Assembly (NCBI GenBank): GCA_951406725.2
Contig: OX597815.1
Coordinates: 51,522,001-51,586,000, forward strand
From: Octopus vulgaris
Taxonomy: Eukaryota
Reading direction: 5' to 3'
DNA length: 64,000 nucleotides
The notes beneath the pieces are model-generated. The model saw only the letters and a program-made list of their open reading frames with translations. It had not been told where the DNA came from and searched no databases. How positions within the stretch are numbered: the first letter of the stretch is position 1; the number at the start of each line of letters is the position of its first letter. Shown one piece after another: positions 40,961-54,844 of the stretch. The translations under genes and the position numbers were made by a program.

Positions 40961-43900
40961 TTAAAATATAAAGGACTGGTACACATGTTTTTTGTCTTTC
41001 TAATTTTGGCACAAGGCCAGCAATTTTTGGGGGGAGGGGCAAGTTGATTACATCAACCTCAGCACTTAACTGGTACTTTATTTCCTCAACCCCGCCCCAA
41101 AAGGATGAAGGACACAGTCACTCTCAGTAGCATTTGAACTCAGATTGTGAAGCCAGAAGAAATGCTGCTAAACATTTTGTCCAGTATACTAATGATTCCA
41201 CCAGCTCACCTACTCTACTGGTACATATATTGCAAGGAATCTCATCCAGCTCTCTAAGAAGCTCTGCCACATCCCCATCGAATAAACCCCTTCCAAATCT
41301 TAAAATTAATTGCACTCATCTTCTCCACATTTCAGTTTCATGTGTGTGTGGGGGGAACATGTGTCCCATAAGTAAGGAAGCATTCAAACATTGATGCAAT
41401 GTTAAATGCTGCAAATACAGCACATTCCAACCACTGGTTACTTTCTTTTGAAATAACTAACTAGCCAGTATGTAGGTGGTCAGCTGCTAGAAACTACAGC
41501 TGTATCTTCCTTAGATCACACCATATTGTCTCTAAAAACGTACACACTGAATAAGGTAGTCAGTCCAAACTCCATTCATCACTCTTGAAAAAAGGAAAGG
41601 CAGGATATTAATGGCTTGAATTGTCTTAGATTAGCACTATCATCCACTTTTTATTTCAGAGCTACCCATGTTCTCTAAGAAATTGTGGTTCATACTTGTG
41701 CTCATAAATTAGCAGAAAACATATGTTAAAACTATTAATTATTCAAAATGGCAAGTTGCACCTAAATCTCTCTCAAATCACACAGCATCCTCTTTGAAAC
41801 ATAGATATATTCAATAATGTACTGTAGGGTAGACTATTCTAGAAAATAAGACAAAGTAGTCATAACTTCATTGTCTTTGATCATAGATCTATTCAGTGTA
41901 AGGGCTGACAATAACCACTTTTCTTCAGAAATGCTGAATACTCAAACAATGTTACTGAAGAGAAAACTATCAAACTACAAAGAATAATGTAATGGCTAAA
42001 TGTCTAGAAGATGTTTTTAATAAGATTGTAATTGTTCACTCTCTTAAGTTCATCTTTACAGATGAATATTTTATAATGTATATTGACACTGTGTTTCATT
42101 CAGTTTAATTATCATATGGTATCTTATTCCCATAAGTGTACATAGTATCTGAATGGATCTGAATGTGATGTTTATGATGTATGTAGCCAACTGTTAATAT
42201 AAAAGAGAGAATCATTTCTCCATAATATTTGCAGGATTAGAAGTTTGGATTTGAAATTAAGGAATGAGGTAAAAGATGCATAGAATATACATATTTAATA
42301 TTTTATTTTTATTGCTCACTTATTATAAAGTTTTTTAAATTTCTAGTCAGTGGAAATCATGTATAGCACTATTTCATTTTTTATAGAAACCATCAGAATG
42401 ACATAACCTGAGGTATATTAAACATTTTATGAAGCAAAACATTTCTCTAAGACAGAAAATAATTACAGTCTGAAAGAAATTCATGGCATATGAGTTTTTC
42501 TTTTCCGTTTTCTTCATAGAGCTTTAATAGTTTAACAATTGAGAGTGCTAGTAATTTAGTAGATTAAAATGTAACTATCTTAATTTAGAAATAAAGGCTC
42601 CTAATTTGAATTCAATGTGATACTATGTACATGTCTAGGAATAATACATCTATTGACAATTGGAGATTACTTGAAACATGGAGTAAATGAAAATATTGAT
42701 AAATCTTCCATCTCTAAACATGTTTTTAGACAGTATGTTGTAGCTTGCAGAATATTTGGTTATTATTTCTAATATGTTATTCTATATATACTCTAATGTA
42801 TATCCTGCATGTCACTTATTTGAAAGAAGACATGTAATACAATTGTGATAAGTCTCTCTTTTGTATTTTTTCATTTGTATGTGCCAAAAACAGTTGTTTC
42901 TTTTTTTTTTCTTTTTTAAATTAGTTCCACCATTAATATCATGATTGCCAAGGTAAAGAATTCCATCTATGATAAACTCACATCAAACAACTTGTGATAA
43001 TATCTTTCAAGGAGAATGCTAGGGTAAACTGAATGTTTGGTGTTTGATTCTAGATTATATATCATGCTACAACTGACAGCTGTTCAGACTTTGAAGGTTG
43101 ACAAAATGAATACCAGTAATAAACTAAAATAAATAGGAAATACAAAATAAAAAAATAAAAAAACAGGACATCAAGAATGCTAAGTTGGCAATTCAAGTCT
43201 TAACTGATTTGAAACGACAACAACAATTTACAATCTTTCAATCTCTCAAAGCAGGAGTGTTCTGATTATCTGTGCTCCAACATTCTACTTTATCCAACAT
43301 TTTCCACCACCCACAACCTGCCGTGATGTGAGTTATTTTAAGGCCAAGTGTCATCATTGCTATTTAAAGTATTGAGATGAATATACGGTTGTTTTTGTCT
43401 GTCTCAGTCTGTCACGTTTTGCCACCTGAGTAAGCTGTTTGTGTTAATAATTCATGTCGTACAAACTGAGGGTGAGATTTCTTTTTCGGTCTTCTTTTTT
43501 TATCACAAAATGCTATGTTATGCCAAAAGAAAAAAGGCTAAATAAAAATAAAAGTAGTCCTTTCCATTGAGAAAAATGCTGAAGTGTTAAAAAAAAAAGA
43601 AAATAGTCACAATGAAATCCATACAAAGAATTATTTCCAAATTTGGAATGGAAAAAGTTACTGGTGGCGTTGGAAGAGAGATATAGGTGACTTAATGAAG
43701 CTTCTGGTTGGCAAGGTTGGAGGGAGTCCACTAAAAAGGTTATCAAGAAATGAGACTATGGAAATGCAAACAAAAATTCCTTACTGTTGTTCCATATGGC
43801 AAAAAAGTAAAGGCATATCTGTATCATGATTTCTACTAGAAGAGAAAATTCTTGACTTCATTACTGGATTACTGAGAAACAGGATACAGAATACAAGAGA

Positions 43901-44196
43901 GTGCATATGTGTGAGTGAGTGTATGTGTGTGTGTGAGAAAGAGAGAGAGAGGGGGAAAGTGTATGCGTATGTGTGCATACACATATGTGCATGCAAATGA
44001 ATGCTCCCTTGATACTCCATCTGTTCTGATTAGATGATAATGTTTTGTTTTAAAGATAAACAATTGCTCAAATGACTTTGTGTCTTTGCTGTGTGGAACC
44101 ATAGAAAGAAATTATGGAAAAATTACACACTAACACATGCATTCAAATGTACATGCGGTGGAGAGGGGTGATGAGCACCAAAGTAAAATGTAATTA

Positions 44197-45753
44197 CCGT
44201 AAAAACCCATGTAATTTATTTACTTTTTTTCGCAAAAACAAAAATAAACTTTACAGGATACATAAATTACATGAATAGATTGTTTCCAGAATGTTTTTAG
44301 AAATTTTTTTGTTGAAAAGTGATGTATAAATGTAAACATTTGTACAGGAATTTCACTCATTTAATGTCAGAATAGGTCTTTACAGAAAAATATAATGAAG
44401 TTGACTTTTATTTAAGCAGGACAGTATAATGCTTACTTTTTCTATATAAATTTACTAAAACCATTAAATAGTTAACTGCCTTTTGAAGTTTAACGTTCAT
44501 GCTGGTAATCATGGTCTTGGCCATTGCTTGAACTTTCTACCTATCGCAATGGAGAGAAGCAATTTCCTTAACTAGATCAGTTTTTCTCCACTTAAGAAGT
44601 CTAGCTTGCATTTGCCTCCAGGAAGCTATTGCTCGCTTTCTCTGTGTTAGGACAATGTAATTCATCACTGCCAACATTGCTACTACCAGCTCTTCTGCAT
44701 CTAATGCCAATAACAACATCATAATTCATCCTTGTGCATGTAAACTCACTAAGGGAATATGACTCAGCATTCCTGCAAAAACCTTCAGTTACCTTATACG
44801 ATGTTTAATGATGTTTTACATTCATGTTGAATTATGCAGCAATCTTATGTTCTCTTCATAGAACACTTGTAATGTATGTATTACCAATTCTTTTGGTACA
44901 GTAGATTTTGCTATTCTTGTTTATGTCTCCTCACAGACATGTATATTCTAACAAGTTGCTTCTTAAATTTCACACCTCTCTTATTCAATAAGTTAAACTT
45001 GCAAAGCTATTTATTTTCTCCTTTCCATTTTTAATGTTTATTTTAGCAGGTTACCAAACTATCGGGTTGGTCTCCCAGCTAAAACAGTAATGGTGAATTT
45101 TAAAGTTTGCTTGACATTTTGTAAGTTTGAAAGGAATTAAAATTTTGATACTCCATATCAAAGGTTCCGACACGAATAGGCAGAAAATCAGAGCTTGAGA
45201 CAAGAAGACACCTTCAACCAATCAGAATTCTGTTTACATAATTAGTTTGACTGATCACCTTCCTCTGTCGGTCGAGTAAAGTGTCATCCAGGCTAATGTT
45301 TATTGGTAATTAAACTTATTTTGCAACATTTGTGCGTATTTATCAGCTTTATTTTTGTTGATAAGAATTGGCAACAACATTTCCTGTGATCGTGATTTGC
45401 AAAGATATACAGAAGTATACTAAAGATTGTACATAATCTCTTGTGGGCAAGAAATGTAAAATAAAGTTTATTATAAACAACACAAACACTTCATAATTTA
45501 ATAACTTTCAATGTGATACCTGTTAAACAGAAATTATTTTTATTTAAGTAAAATTTAATAAAATCTAATCATAAGTTAAGTAAAATTATGCTAAATACAA
45601 CTAAATACAACTAAATTGCCCCCTGGCCATATCGGCAATTCTGAAAACTTTGGGTGTGAATTTTACGCAAGTAGAAGCTTTTTTTAACAATTTTTATCCT
45701 GAAAATCCCCTGTGTAGATTACACAGGTGCGCAAATTATGTGGGGTTTTATGG
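44197..45753. mobile_element. ~1.56-kb non-autonomous pogo/Tigger-like DNA transposon
   Basis: TA-CCGTAAAAACCCATGTAATT...AATTATGTGGGGTTTTATGG-TA gives inverted termini with TA flanks, plus subterminal GGTG.G.A..TT repeats. No recognisable transposase inside. Confidence 0.7.
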
Positions 45754-46856
45754 TAATCTCTGTTACTGAAATGACTCTCTGCTGTAAACCAAAATCTGTG
45801 ATTCCACAGTGACCACACATAAATCAAGAAACTCTCAGAATAGCAACACACACACACTCATACAAATAGCTCATAATTAAGTAAACAATATATATTTTTA
45901 TGCACAATTCAATTCAATTCAATTCAAAGAGTTAAAATAAATTTAAATATGAGAAGTCCTAGCTATGAGAGGAATTATAACAATGTAAATTTTTTTTTTT
46001 TTTTCAATTCTGTTAATTTCTCGATGGAGCATTTTACAGTTTGTTGACTGCTGCTTTTTTTCTACACATCAAAGGCATATATGTATGTATACATTATAAT
46101 TTTATAAATTTGGATTCTGTTTTCAACAATAATCCTTTTAATTCGAATCTGAACAAGACCATTCAAAGTAAAATGTTTATACTTTCGTCAAAATCCCATA
46201 AGATTGCAGATAATCAACACAAGGATAGAAAAACATACAGAGTTACAAATATTCTATTTAATCCCACCAAATTTTAGATTATATTGAAAAATAACTGAAA
46301 CATATAATCTGTTTACCCATTACAAATATAGTCATGGAAGAGTTAAGACATACTCATTAATAATATAAACTCTTCATTGCTTCAAACCAGCTGCCTCCAA
46401 TCTCTTTTTGTACCACAGACTGGTCTCATGCAAGACAATTTTTCTAAAGACTTGGGGATCATATATATATATCATCCTTTAACATTCATTTTCATGCTGG
46501 TATGGATTGGAAGGCTTAACAGGAACTGATAAAGCCAGGGGTTAGACCAGGTTCCATAGTCTATTTTAGTTTAATTTCTACAGATGGATGCCCTTCTTAA
46601 CACCAAACCACTTTATAGAGTATACTAGGTGCTTTTTACATGGCACCAGCTCCCACACCAAAGCTTTTCACATGACACTTTGGTTTTAGGATCGCAAAAC
46701 ATAAAATGCATAATATATAATTTAATTATTACATATATTACACACACATACACACACACATATATAGTTGAAATTTATAGAAAAACAAAAGACGAAGATA
46801 GGTGTATGGACAACAAGCAAATGTATTAGTTTGACACTCAGGAAAATAAAAAAAGT

Positions 46857-46892
46857 CTTTTACGTTTCGAGTCTGCACTCTTCAGCAGAAAG
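46857..46892 (-). ncRNA. Minimal hammerhead motif with one core substitution
   Basis: Minus strand reads CUUU-CUGCUGA-A-GAGU-GCAG-ACUC-GAAAC-GUA-AAAG. Same architecture as 2406-2440, with an A6C change. Confidence 0.7.
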
Positions 46893-47518
46893 GAATAAGA
46901 GAAAATAAACAGAGAGAGAATGAAAAAAAACTTGTCGATTTCAGCAGACTAGCATGGCAAATGATTGGGAAAAGGGTTGAAAGAAAGGGAGATAATAATA
47001 ATAATAAAGTTGAAAGAAAGGGAGATAATAAAATGCTAATGATCCCCCAAAAAGGTGCGCATGTGTGTGTGTATGTGAGAAAGGTATGTGTGTCCGTGTG
47101 AATAGGGGCAAATGACTGGTGCATGTTAGTGTGTGCATGTGTAACATGTATGTAGCAGTTAAGGTGTGCTTTTCACGTGGTGTGTGTGTATGTGTCTGTA
47201 ACCAAATAGTGTGCAGGTATATGGTATATATATGTGGGTGAAATTAATTTTTGTCAATGTATATTGTGTGTTAATGCATGTTGCATGTGCATGTATATAT
47301 AGCCTGGGTTCAGATATTATGTACTTGTGTGAATGTGGGAGTGTGTACAATGGTGTGTGGTATGTGTACTGAGTTAAACAGTGTGTGGGACTGCTCATAT
47401 TGTGGTATGTGTGGTGACACTATTGAAGATTGTGTGTGGATGTGTGGATGATGGTGTGTGGTGTGGGTGCTGGGAAGTAGCTAGTGCTAGTGTGTGGAGT
47501 GATGTGAGTTGGTATCAA

Positions 47519-47596
47519 ATGAAGAGAGAAGGTGAGGTAGGTGTCAGATGAAGAGAAAAGGTGAGGTAGGTGTCAGATGAAGAGAGGAGGTGAGTT
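47519..47596. repeat. 29-bp tandem repeat, ~2.6 copies
   Basis: ATGAAGAGAGAAGGTGAGGTAGGTGTCAG is repeated. Confidence 0.9.
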
Positions 47597-49329
47597 GAGC
47601 CCATGTGGTGCAAAAGAGCAAGGAGAGAAGATAAATTCCTGTTCATGGCGAAAGCAGGAATCCAGATGGCCCCTGTGCAAAGACAGTCCAAACACAGACA
47701 GATTTTTTTATGTATGTATGTATGCATGCATGTATGTATGTATGCATGCATGTATGTAATGCAAAAACACCCTGAGACTGCAATAATCAATAAAATAGGA
47801 ATACAGTTTTAAAATTTGTTCTTTCTGTGCAGCCAAATGATCCATGGCCTAATACTGGTCCACAACCAGGGGGTTGGAGACCCCAGCTTTAAACAAAATG
47901 CTTTGCATAATTGGTTAAAAATAAAGCATAAATCAATGTAAAAAAATCATAGAATCTCAAATAAATGCAACTAAAGGAATTCATAGTTTTTATCCCTTTT
48001 TCTTCGTAAAGAAACTCTTAACCCTTTAACGAAACAAGGTTTTATTTCATAAATGAAATATTTAATAGCATTCAGGTGTATAAGATGTAACATGGAAAAA
48101 TGAAGTGCATAACAAATGGTAACTGGAACCCAAAATAGGAAGTGAATGGAGAATAACATTAAGGGAGATAAAAAAAAACATTAAATATAAATAGAACAAA
48201 TACTACAAAACATAAAATAAGAAAAGAATTAAACAAGTTGTAAGTGAGTAACTTTTGGTTTTTCAAGTCACAAGAGATTTACCTGAAATGCATGTCACTG
48301 TGCGCACATAAGTGTGCATGCATAACATACATATATATACACACATATACATACATACATACATATGTATATAAATGCATATATATATACATATATGTAT
48401 GTATATATACACACATGCATATGTGTGTGCATTTTTGTGTGTGTGTTGCACTAACATTTTATGACACAAAGTCTTGTGAATTGATACAAATGCTTTGCAA
48501 TGAAATCAATTTGCAAATAGTTTTCTTAGCATTACTTCAATAAACAAAATTCACTGAAGTAAAAGATGACTCGCCTCTAAATATTTTTCTAATCTTATTT
48601 TTATTCAGAATTAAGTATGTATAACAAAAAGTGTCAATCAAAGGATTGATAAAAGGACTTGTTTCTGCACAACTTAATCCATCCATCATATGAATAACTG
48701 AAGTAGATATAAAAGAGTGTAATAGGCTTTTGATGTAAATGTTTCACACAAAATAATAATGAAAATAATAATAATAATAATAATAATAAATATGTATCAT
48801 GTCATGTCTCCTTTACCACCTTCAGTAACAAAAGAGCTACATATTATTTATATTGATGATAAAATAATTATAGATATGCACACTATGTCTATCCCTCTCC
48901 TATTTATTAATAAAGCATTTATTACTTTTTGAAGATGTTTTATTCTTAACATAATAAGTCCTGAAACTGAATAAGTAAAAAATAATATGAATTAGGGGGT
49001 GGGGTGGGGTACATTTGCTTGATTGTTGCTCAACTTTACAAAAATAAAAAACAAATTAAGTCAGAACATTCCTGACAAACAAGCAACAAAAAGAACTGTC
49101 ACAAGTTCGATATCCACATGTATGCACAGAAATATATGTGCATATACAAACATATGTATATATACTTGTTACATTAAGTGTGACACAACACTGATTTCAA
49201 TTTTTCATTTGTTTACTTTGTTTTGTTTTGTTTTGTTTTTTCTTTCCTTTATTGAAAATAATATTAATTTCTCAGATAGGTACAAGACCAGAAATTTGTA
49301 GATGGGACAGTCAATAATTATGACCCCTA

Positions 49330-50015
49330 AGGTGGTGAACTGGCAGAATTATTAGCATGCCAGGCAAAATACTTAGTGGCATTTCATCCGTCTTTACATT
49401 CTGAGTTCAAATTCCACCATTGTTAGCTTTGTTTTTCATCCTTTCGGGGTTAATAAAATAAGTACAGTCAAAGACTGGAGTCGATGTAACTGACTAATCC
49501 CTTCCCCAAAATTTCAGGCCTTGTGCCTATAATAGAAAGTATTATAATTATTATTATCATTTGGCAGAATTGTTAGCACACCAGGCAAAATGCTTAGAGG
49601 CATTTCATCCATCTTTACATTCTGAGTTCAATTCTGCCAAGGTCGACTTTGCCTTTCATCCTTTCTGGGTCAATAAATTAAGTACAAGTTACATACTGGA
49701 GTAAATGTAAATGACATAATCTCCTCCCCACAAAATTTTAGGCCTTGTGCCTACAGGAGAAAGGCTGATTAATATTATTATTATTATTATTATTATTATT
49801 GAGGGGGCAAGCTGGCAGAACGGTTAGCATGACAAGCGAAATGCTAAGTGGTATTTCGTCCACCTTTTCATTCTGAGTTCAAATTCCACCAGAGTATACT
49901 TTGCATTTCACCCCTTTGGAGTCAATAAAATAAGTATCAGTTATACACTGGGGTCAATGTAATTAAATTATCCCCCTCCCCGAAATTGCTGGCCTCATGC
50001 AAAAATCTGAAACCA
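49330..50015 (+). mobile_element. Three head-to-tail SINE copies separated by (TTA)n tails
   Basis: TGGCAGAA..GTTAGCA...TTCTGAGTTCAA..TCC...AATAAAATAAGTA...GGCCTTGTGC occurs three times. Confidence 0.88.
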
Positions 50016-50975
50016 ATAATTATGACCCTAATATTTAACTGGTACTTCATTTTATTGATCTTAAAAGGATGGAAGTAGAAGTAGGCCTCGTTGAAATTTG
50101 TCAAGGACATAAAAAGCAGACACAAATACCACAAGGTATTGTCCCTAACACTTTAGTGATGTTGCCAATCTACCATACATTCTTTTTTTTTAATGAAAAT
50201 TGTTTTTATCATAGGAACATGACCAGAAATTTAGAAGGCTTAATTTATTTAATTGAACCCTAGTACATTGATGGTATTTATTCAATCAATCTAAGAAGAA
50301 TAAAAAACAAAATTCATCTCATTGAAATTTGAACTGAGACTATAAAGAGCTATAACAAAAAAATATTGCATGGCATTTTATTCTCTGCTCTACAAACAAA
50401 TCTATATCTGAATCCAGCAACTGACTACTTGGCTAAAGCAAAAAGAAAACCTCACTGAAAACACACATGCATGTATGTAAACATACACACACACACACAC
50501 ACACACACACCCATTCTTCTTCCTTTGAAATGCATACTCTGTCTTACAGTGACTTTTGTCTTTGTTTTCATTTTTTAAATTATAACAAAACTTGAATAAT
50601 GTGAACATTTTTGTTTTGTTTTGCTTTTTGCCGTTTGTTTTTTTTTTGTTTTTGTTTCTTTTATTTGTTCTTTTTCCAAAGTGAGGTTAGTGGGCATTTT
50701 TAATCCAATGTTTTACAAGGATAATACTTTAACCAGTTAGAAACCTTCAAGTGGTTGTTTATCTTAATCTGCTAATATTAGATCAGAATTAAAGATTTAG
50801 CAAGAATTTTGATGTTTAACTTCTTTTATCAGGGGTTTTCTGTTGTCTTTTTTTTTTTCCAGTAAACTAACCTCCTCACATGGAACAAATCAGTAAATTG
50901 AAGTGTTATTTATAAAGTAAGAATGCAAATAAGGCAAGAATTTTACTATTAGTTCTGCACCCTAAAGCTCTTTAA

Positions 50976-51149
50976 CCCATTAGTGTTCACATTACTCCGT
51001 CAAAAGTAACGCTTGTTATTCACATCATTCTGAATTAATCATGCATTGTTTTGTAGCTTTGAGATTTTGATGATATAATTGCTTATTCTTAGAATGACAT
51101 TTTTGGGTAGTGTGACATGCCAGATCTGGCCTGCTTAAATGCAAAAGGG
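50976..51149. mobile_element. piggyBac-type MITE, internally deleted relative of 32089-32309
   Basis: TTAA-CCCATTAGTGTTC...GCAAAAGGG-CTAA, sharing GAATTAATCATGCATT and GAGATTTTGATGA with the other copy. Confidence 0.8.
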
Positions 51150-53821
51150 CTAAATAAATGTCAATAATGTATGAAATGCTAAATTCTTCAGCCCAATATA
51201 AAATTGTCACACAATACAAATGCGAAGGACATGAAAACTGGAGATGGAAGACAGAAAAAAATTATTAATTTCTATAAATATTCTTGATAGACAAACTAAT
51301 GACAATTACTAAAAGAACAAACAAAAGTGAGAAAACTCATGTTGGTTGACATTGTCCAACACTTCCAGCAGACATATTAGATAATGTAGTCCTAGATACG
51401 CTATTCCAGTGAAAAAAAAAGTGGATAGCTGCAATACATTTTATCATAAATCTGCTGGATCAATTCTAACCCAGGGCTAAACAACTGCATTCAGAGTATT
51501 ATTTGTTTCTTTGCTTTTAACATTCATGGATTTACAGGACTTTATTGTATGTCATACTGTTAAATAAAACATGAACACCATTTAGCTTATCTTTCCATAT
51601 TTTACATTAAACAAATTTTTGTGTCACTTGAAGTCTACATCTTCATCTGAATGAGATTTTAATATCTAGATAATGAGATTTCTTTGAAATGGAATTTTTA
51701 ATTTACTTTTTGAATATATATATATATATATTCAAATAAATGATGATGATGATTGTAGAGGTGGCAGTCTTAGTGATGATAGCAGTGGTGGTTGTTGTAG
51801 TGGTAATGGTGATGAGGAGGGGTGGAGATGAAGATGGTCGAGAAAGTGATGATGATAGAAGGAATGAATGGAAGATAAAGTATCAAAAGAAAAAAAAATA
51901 TTCGACATTTGTAAAAACAAAAGGATATAGAAACCAGGCAGTTGTTAAATAGATCACATCTATAATATGAGTTAACCAACTTGTGTGCTAAGATGGCACT
52001 CACAAAAAAAAAAGAAAGAAAAAGAACAGAAATCAAAAAAGAAAAAAATTACATTAGCAACAATAACTCAACCATTGAAATGTAGAAAGAAAATGACTGA
52101 AAGAGAAAAAAAATCTATATAAGAGAGAGAGGAAAAAATAAACTGGATGAGAAAAAAATGGCCACCAACTCCCTTGATAAAAAAATAACTAAAGAATAAA
52201 TAGATAATTTCCAAAAGATTGAAACTAATGGAACAGAAGTAAGATTCAGTTGAGTGATTATTTATTTGAAGCCATGTATATCCATTTTTGTGGCTTTCTG
52301 ATTGAGTACTCAGCCAAACAGAAATTGACGATTAACAAAACAACTATTTCCTAACCATTTGATAATTGCAGAAAGTTACTTTGGACATGGGAAGGAAGGG
52401 AGGTGAAGCTGTTGGGGTAAGCCTGCAAACATTTTATGGTTAACTAGATATATCTCACCAAACTTACCCACCATGTCTGCTCATACAAGCTTCCTTTCAA
52501 GAGTTCTCGCCACAATTTGTCTTAATTTTGTTTATGTCAAAATCACTTCGAAGCTTTCACACTTCATTAGTTTCTGATATCGGCAGAAACTCCCCTGACA
52601 CCCATCAGTAGAAAATCTTTTTGGATTCTCTAACTTGACCTATAATTTATGCCCTTATTAGATCTAGCTGGCAACAGGGCAAGTTTTCTAAGTGAGTCCC
52701 TTGTGTCAAAGCTGATGAAAAGATTTCATTTTTTCTCTTTCATTGTTCTTTATTCTTCAGCATTTCTTTTCCCATTCTCTTTTACCAATATTATTTTTTC
52801 TTCCCATTTCCCTTAGTAACAACTCCTATGATATTTTTTGCATGCATTTTTTAGTAACCCTTTTCTTTTTTGTATTTGTATTTAACACAATCCTCACTGG
52901 GGTTCAACTTTACACTGCTTTGCATATAATCATTATAAGTCTTGTTTATCAGACCTGGAGCCGAGAAAATTTCATCTCAAAGAGACAAGAAAAGAAAGTT
53001 TGAAGTTAGCAAGTTAGAAGGTCGTGTCTTTATCATATTTCAGTTTGCCTGACCTAATTCACAAAACAAAACTACCTCATTGAAGAAATACCTTCGGGAA
53101 GTTAACTGTTCAAAAGACGTCAGAACATTAATGAAAATCTAACCAGTAAGAAATTATTTTTGTTCTACTCTTGGGTGTCGTAAATAAGCCTTCGGAAATC
53201 TCCTTGGTTCCTCTTAAGCCAAATGCCTTGAACAACACATAAGTATGACCTTTCTCTGACACCATTTTTCAGTCTCCACATTTATTTAATTAGGCATAAT
53301 GAGTAATAACTAGTCATCAACAAGAAAAGTTAGTTATGGAATCTTTAACTAACTTAGCAAGTACAGAGGACAATCAAAAGTTTAAATACGCCAAATTACA
53401 ATTGAAGCAATAGTAATCTACATAGACTTCTCTGAATGTTTTAAATCAAATATTTTTAATCAAAAGAGTTTGTATTCATTCTAAGTTCGAAATAAAGAAA
53501 ATCCTCAAGGTTTTCTTTTTTCCTTCTTTTTTTTTTCTTTTTTAATTCAAAGGTTAATCAACATTCAGAATCAAAATGATAAGTGATAATTAACTATCTA
53601 CACTCACCTATCATGATACATTATTTGCTTTCTTTAGCAAGTAGACTGCACATATGGTCCATCTCAGCTGCAATTCCCAAACATGGTAAATACCATTTCT
53701 CAGATAGTCAACTCTTCACTCACTAATACTATACAACTACTAACTTTTTCTGTATTTTTATGAAACTAAATGGACTCTTCCCTTATGAGCTTGATAACAT
53801 TATACAACCTCATAGTATGGC

Positions 53822-53872
<51 letters not shown>

Positions 53873-53874
<2 letters not shown>

Positions 53875-54640
53875 CAGGGTGTATAAGATATTTGAGGACA
53901 GATCTATGTTTATAAAAAACATATATAATAACAGATAACTTTATTTATCAAAAAATGCCATGAAGATAAAAATAAACTTTCTTTTCTATAATGTTATTCA
54001 ATAAAGCCACCTTCCACTTCAACAACAACTTCTATATGAGATCTAAATCACCCACATGCTCGAATCAGTTGGTCCTGGTTCATTTTGGACATTACTCTGA
54101 CTATGGCAGCTTTCAAAGAATCTTTGGTGTCATGTCAGTGTTCATTTACCTCTCTTTCAACAACGCTCCACATGTAATAGTCCAATGGATTGAGATCCGG
54201 GGAATTAGGAGGCCAAATATTAAGGGTTATACGATCATGAAAATTTTCAGCCATCCATTCCTGTGTTACTAGAAACATGTGTGATAGTGCAGTGTCTTAC
54301 TGAAACACATATGACCTTCCATTGTATATACTGTCTATCCAAGGATTAACAATTGTTTCCAGAACCTCAATGCAGGCAGCAGAGTTAACTCTAAGGCCTT
54401 GTAGAAAGCAGTAAGGAAGCATCACATGTCCGTCAATGCTGACAACCATGACAGTTACAGGCAATTTTGTATGCATAACACTTGGAACTTCAGAAGCGTC
54501 TGCACATTGCCATCTGTCATTTCTTCTGTTAACTTTTTGATCTTCGCCGAAGTTTTTCGCATTCGAGAAAAACCAAATCAAATCTTCTTCTGCTGGATTT
54601 TTCAGTTTGTTTAAGAACCTTTTAGATCTGATGTAGTGCA
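53873..54640 (-). mobile_element. DD37D (maT-family) Tc1/mariner transposon, 3' half, disabled
   Basis: WFFSNAKNF...YVFQ*DTALSH...WPPNSPDLNPLDYYMW has 37 residues between the last two Asp. The ORF stop is at ~53994 and the TIR is TA-CAGGGTGTATAAGATATTTGAGGAC at 53873. Confidence 0.9.
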
Positions 54641-54780
54641 TGCATCCATCCATACATACAGGGCAGTTGTCTGCTCCTTATGCAGAGTTTGACCACCTCT
54701 TGTACCTACACCTTAGAACCATCATTGCTTTTTAAACCATACAATGTTCTGAAAAGACACCCATATACATTGCACATACC

Positions 54781-54844
54781 AAGTCTTCTTGGGCCAGTAG
54801 GTGGGGGTAGTGCACTACCCCCACCTACTGGCCCAAGAAGACTT
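54781..54844. repeat. Perfect 64-bp spacerless palindrome
   Basis: AAGTCTTCTTGGGCCAGTAGGTGGGGGTAGTG is followed directly by its exact reverse complement. Confidence 0.97.

Larger units (their letters stand above)
46388..47886. mobile_element. hAT (Charlie-like) MITE expanded by nested insertions
   Basis: Ends CAGCTGCCTCCAATC / GGTTGGAGACCCCAG with 8-bp TSD CTTCAAAC (46380-87) / CTTTAAAC (47887-94). Confidence 0.75.

Noticed and set aside
49019-49032. TTGATTGTTGCTCA resembles part of miR-315 (from memory)
   Set aside because: Partial match only, with different ends and no hairpin.
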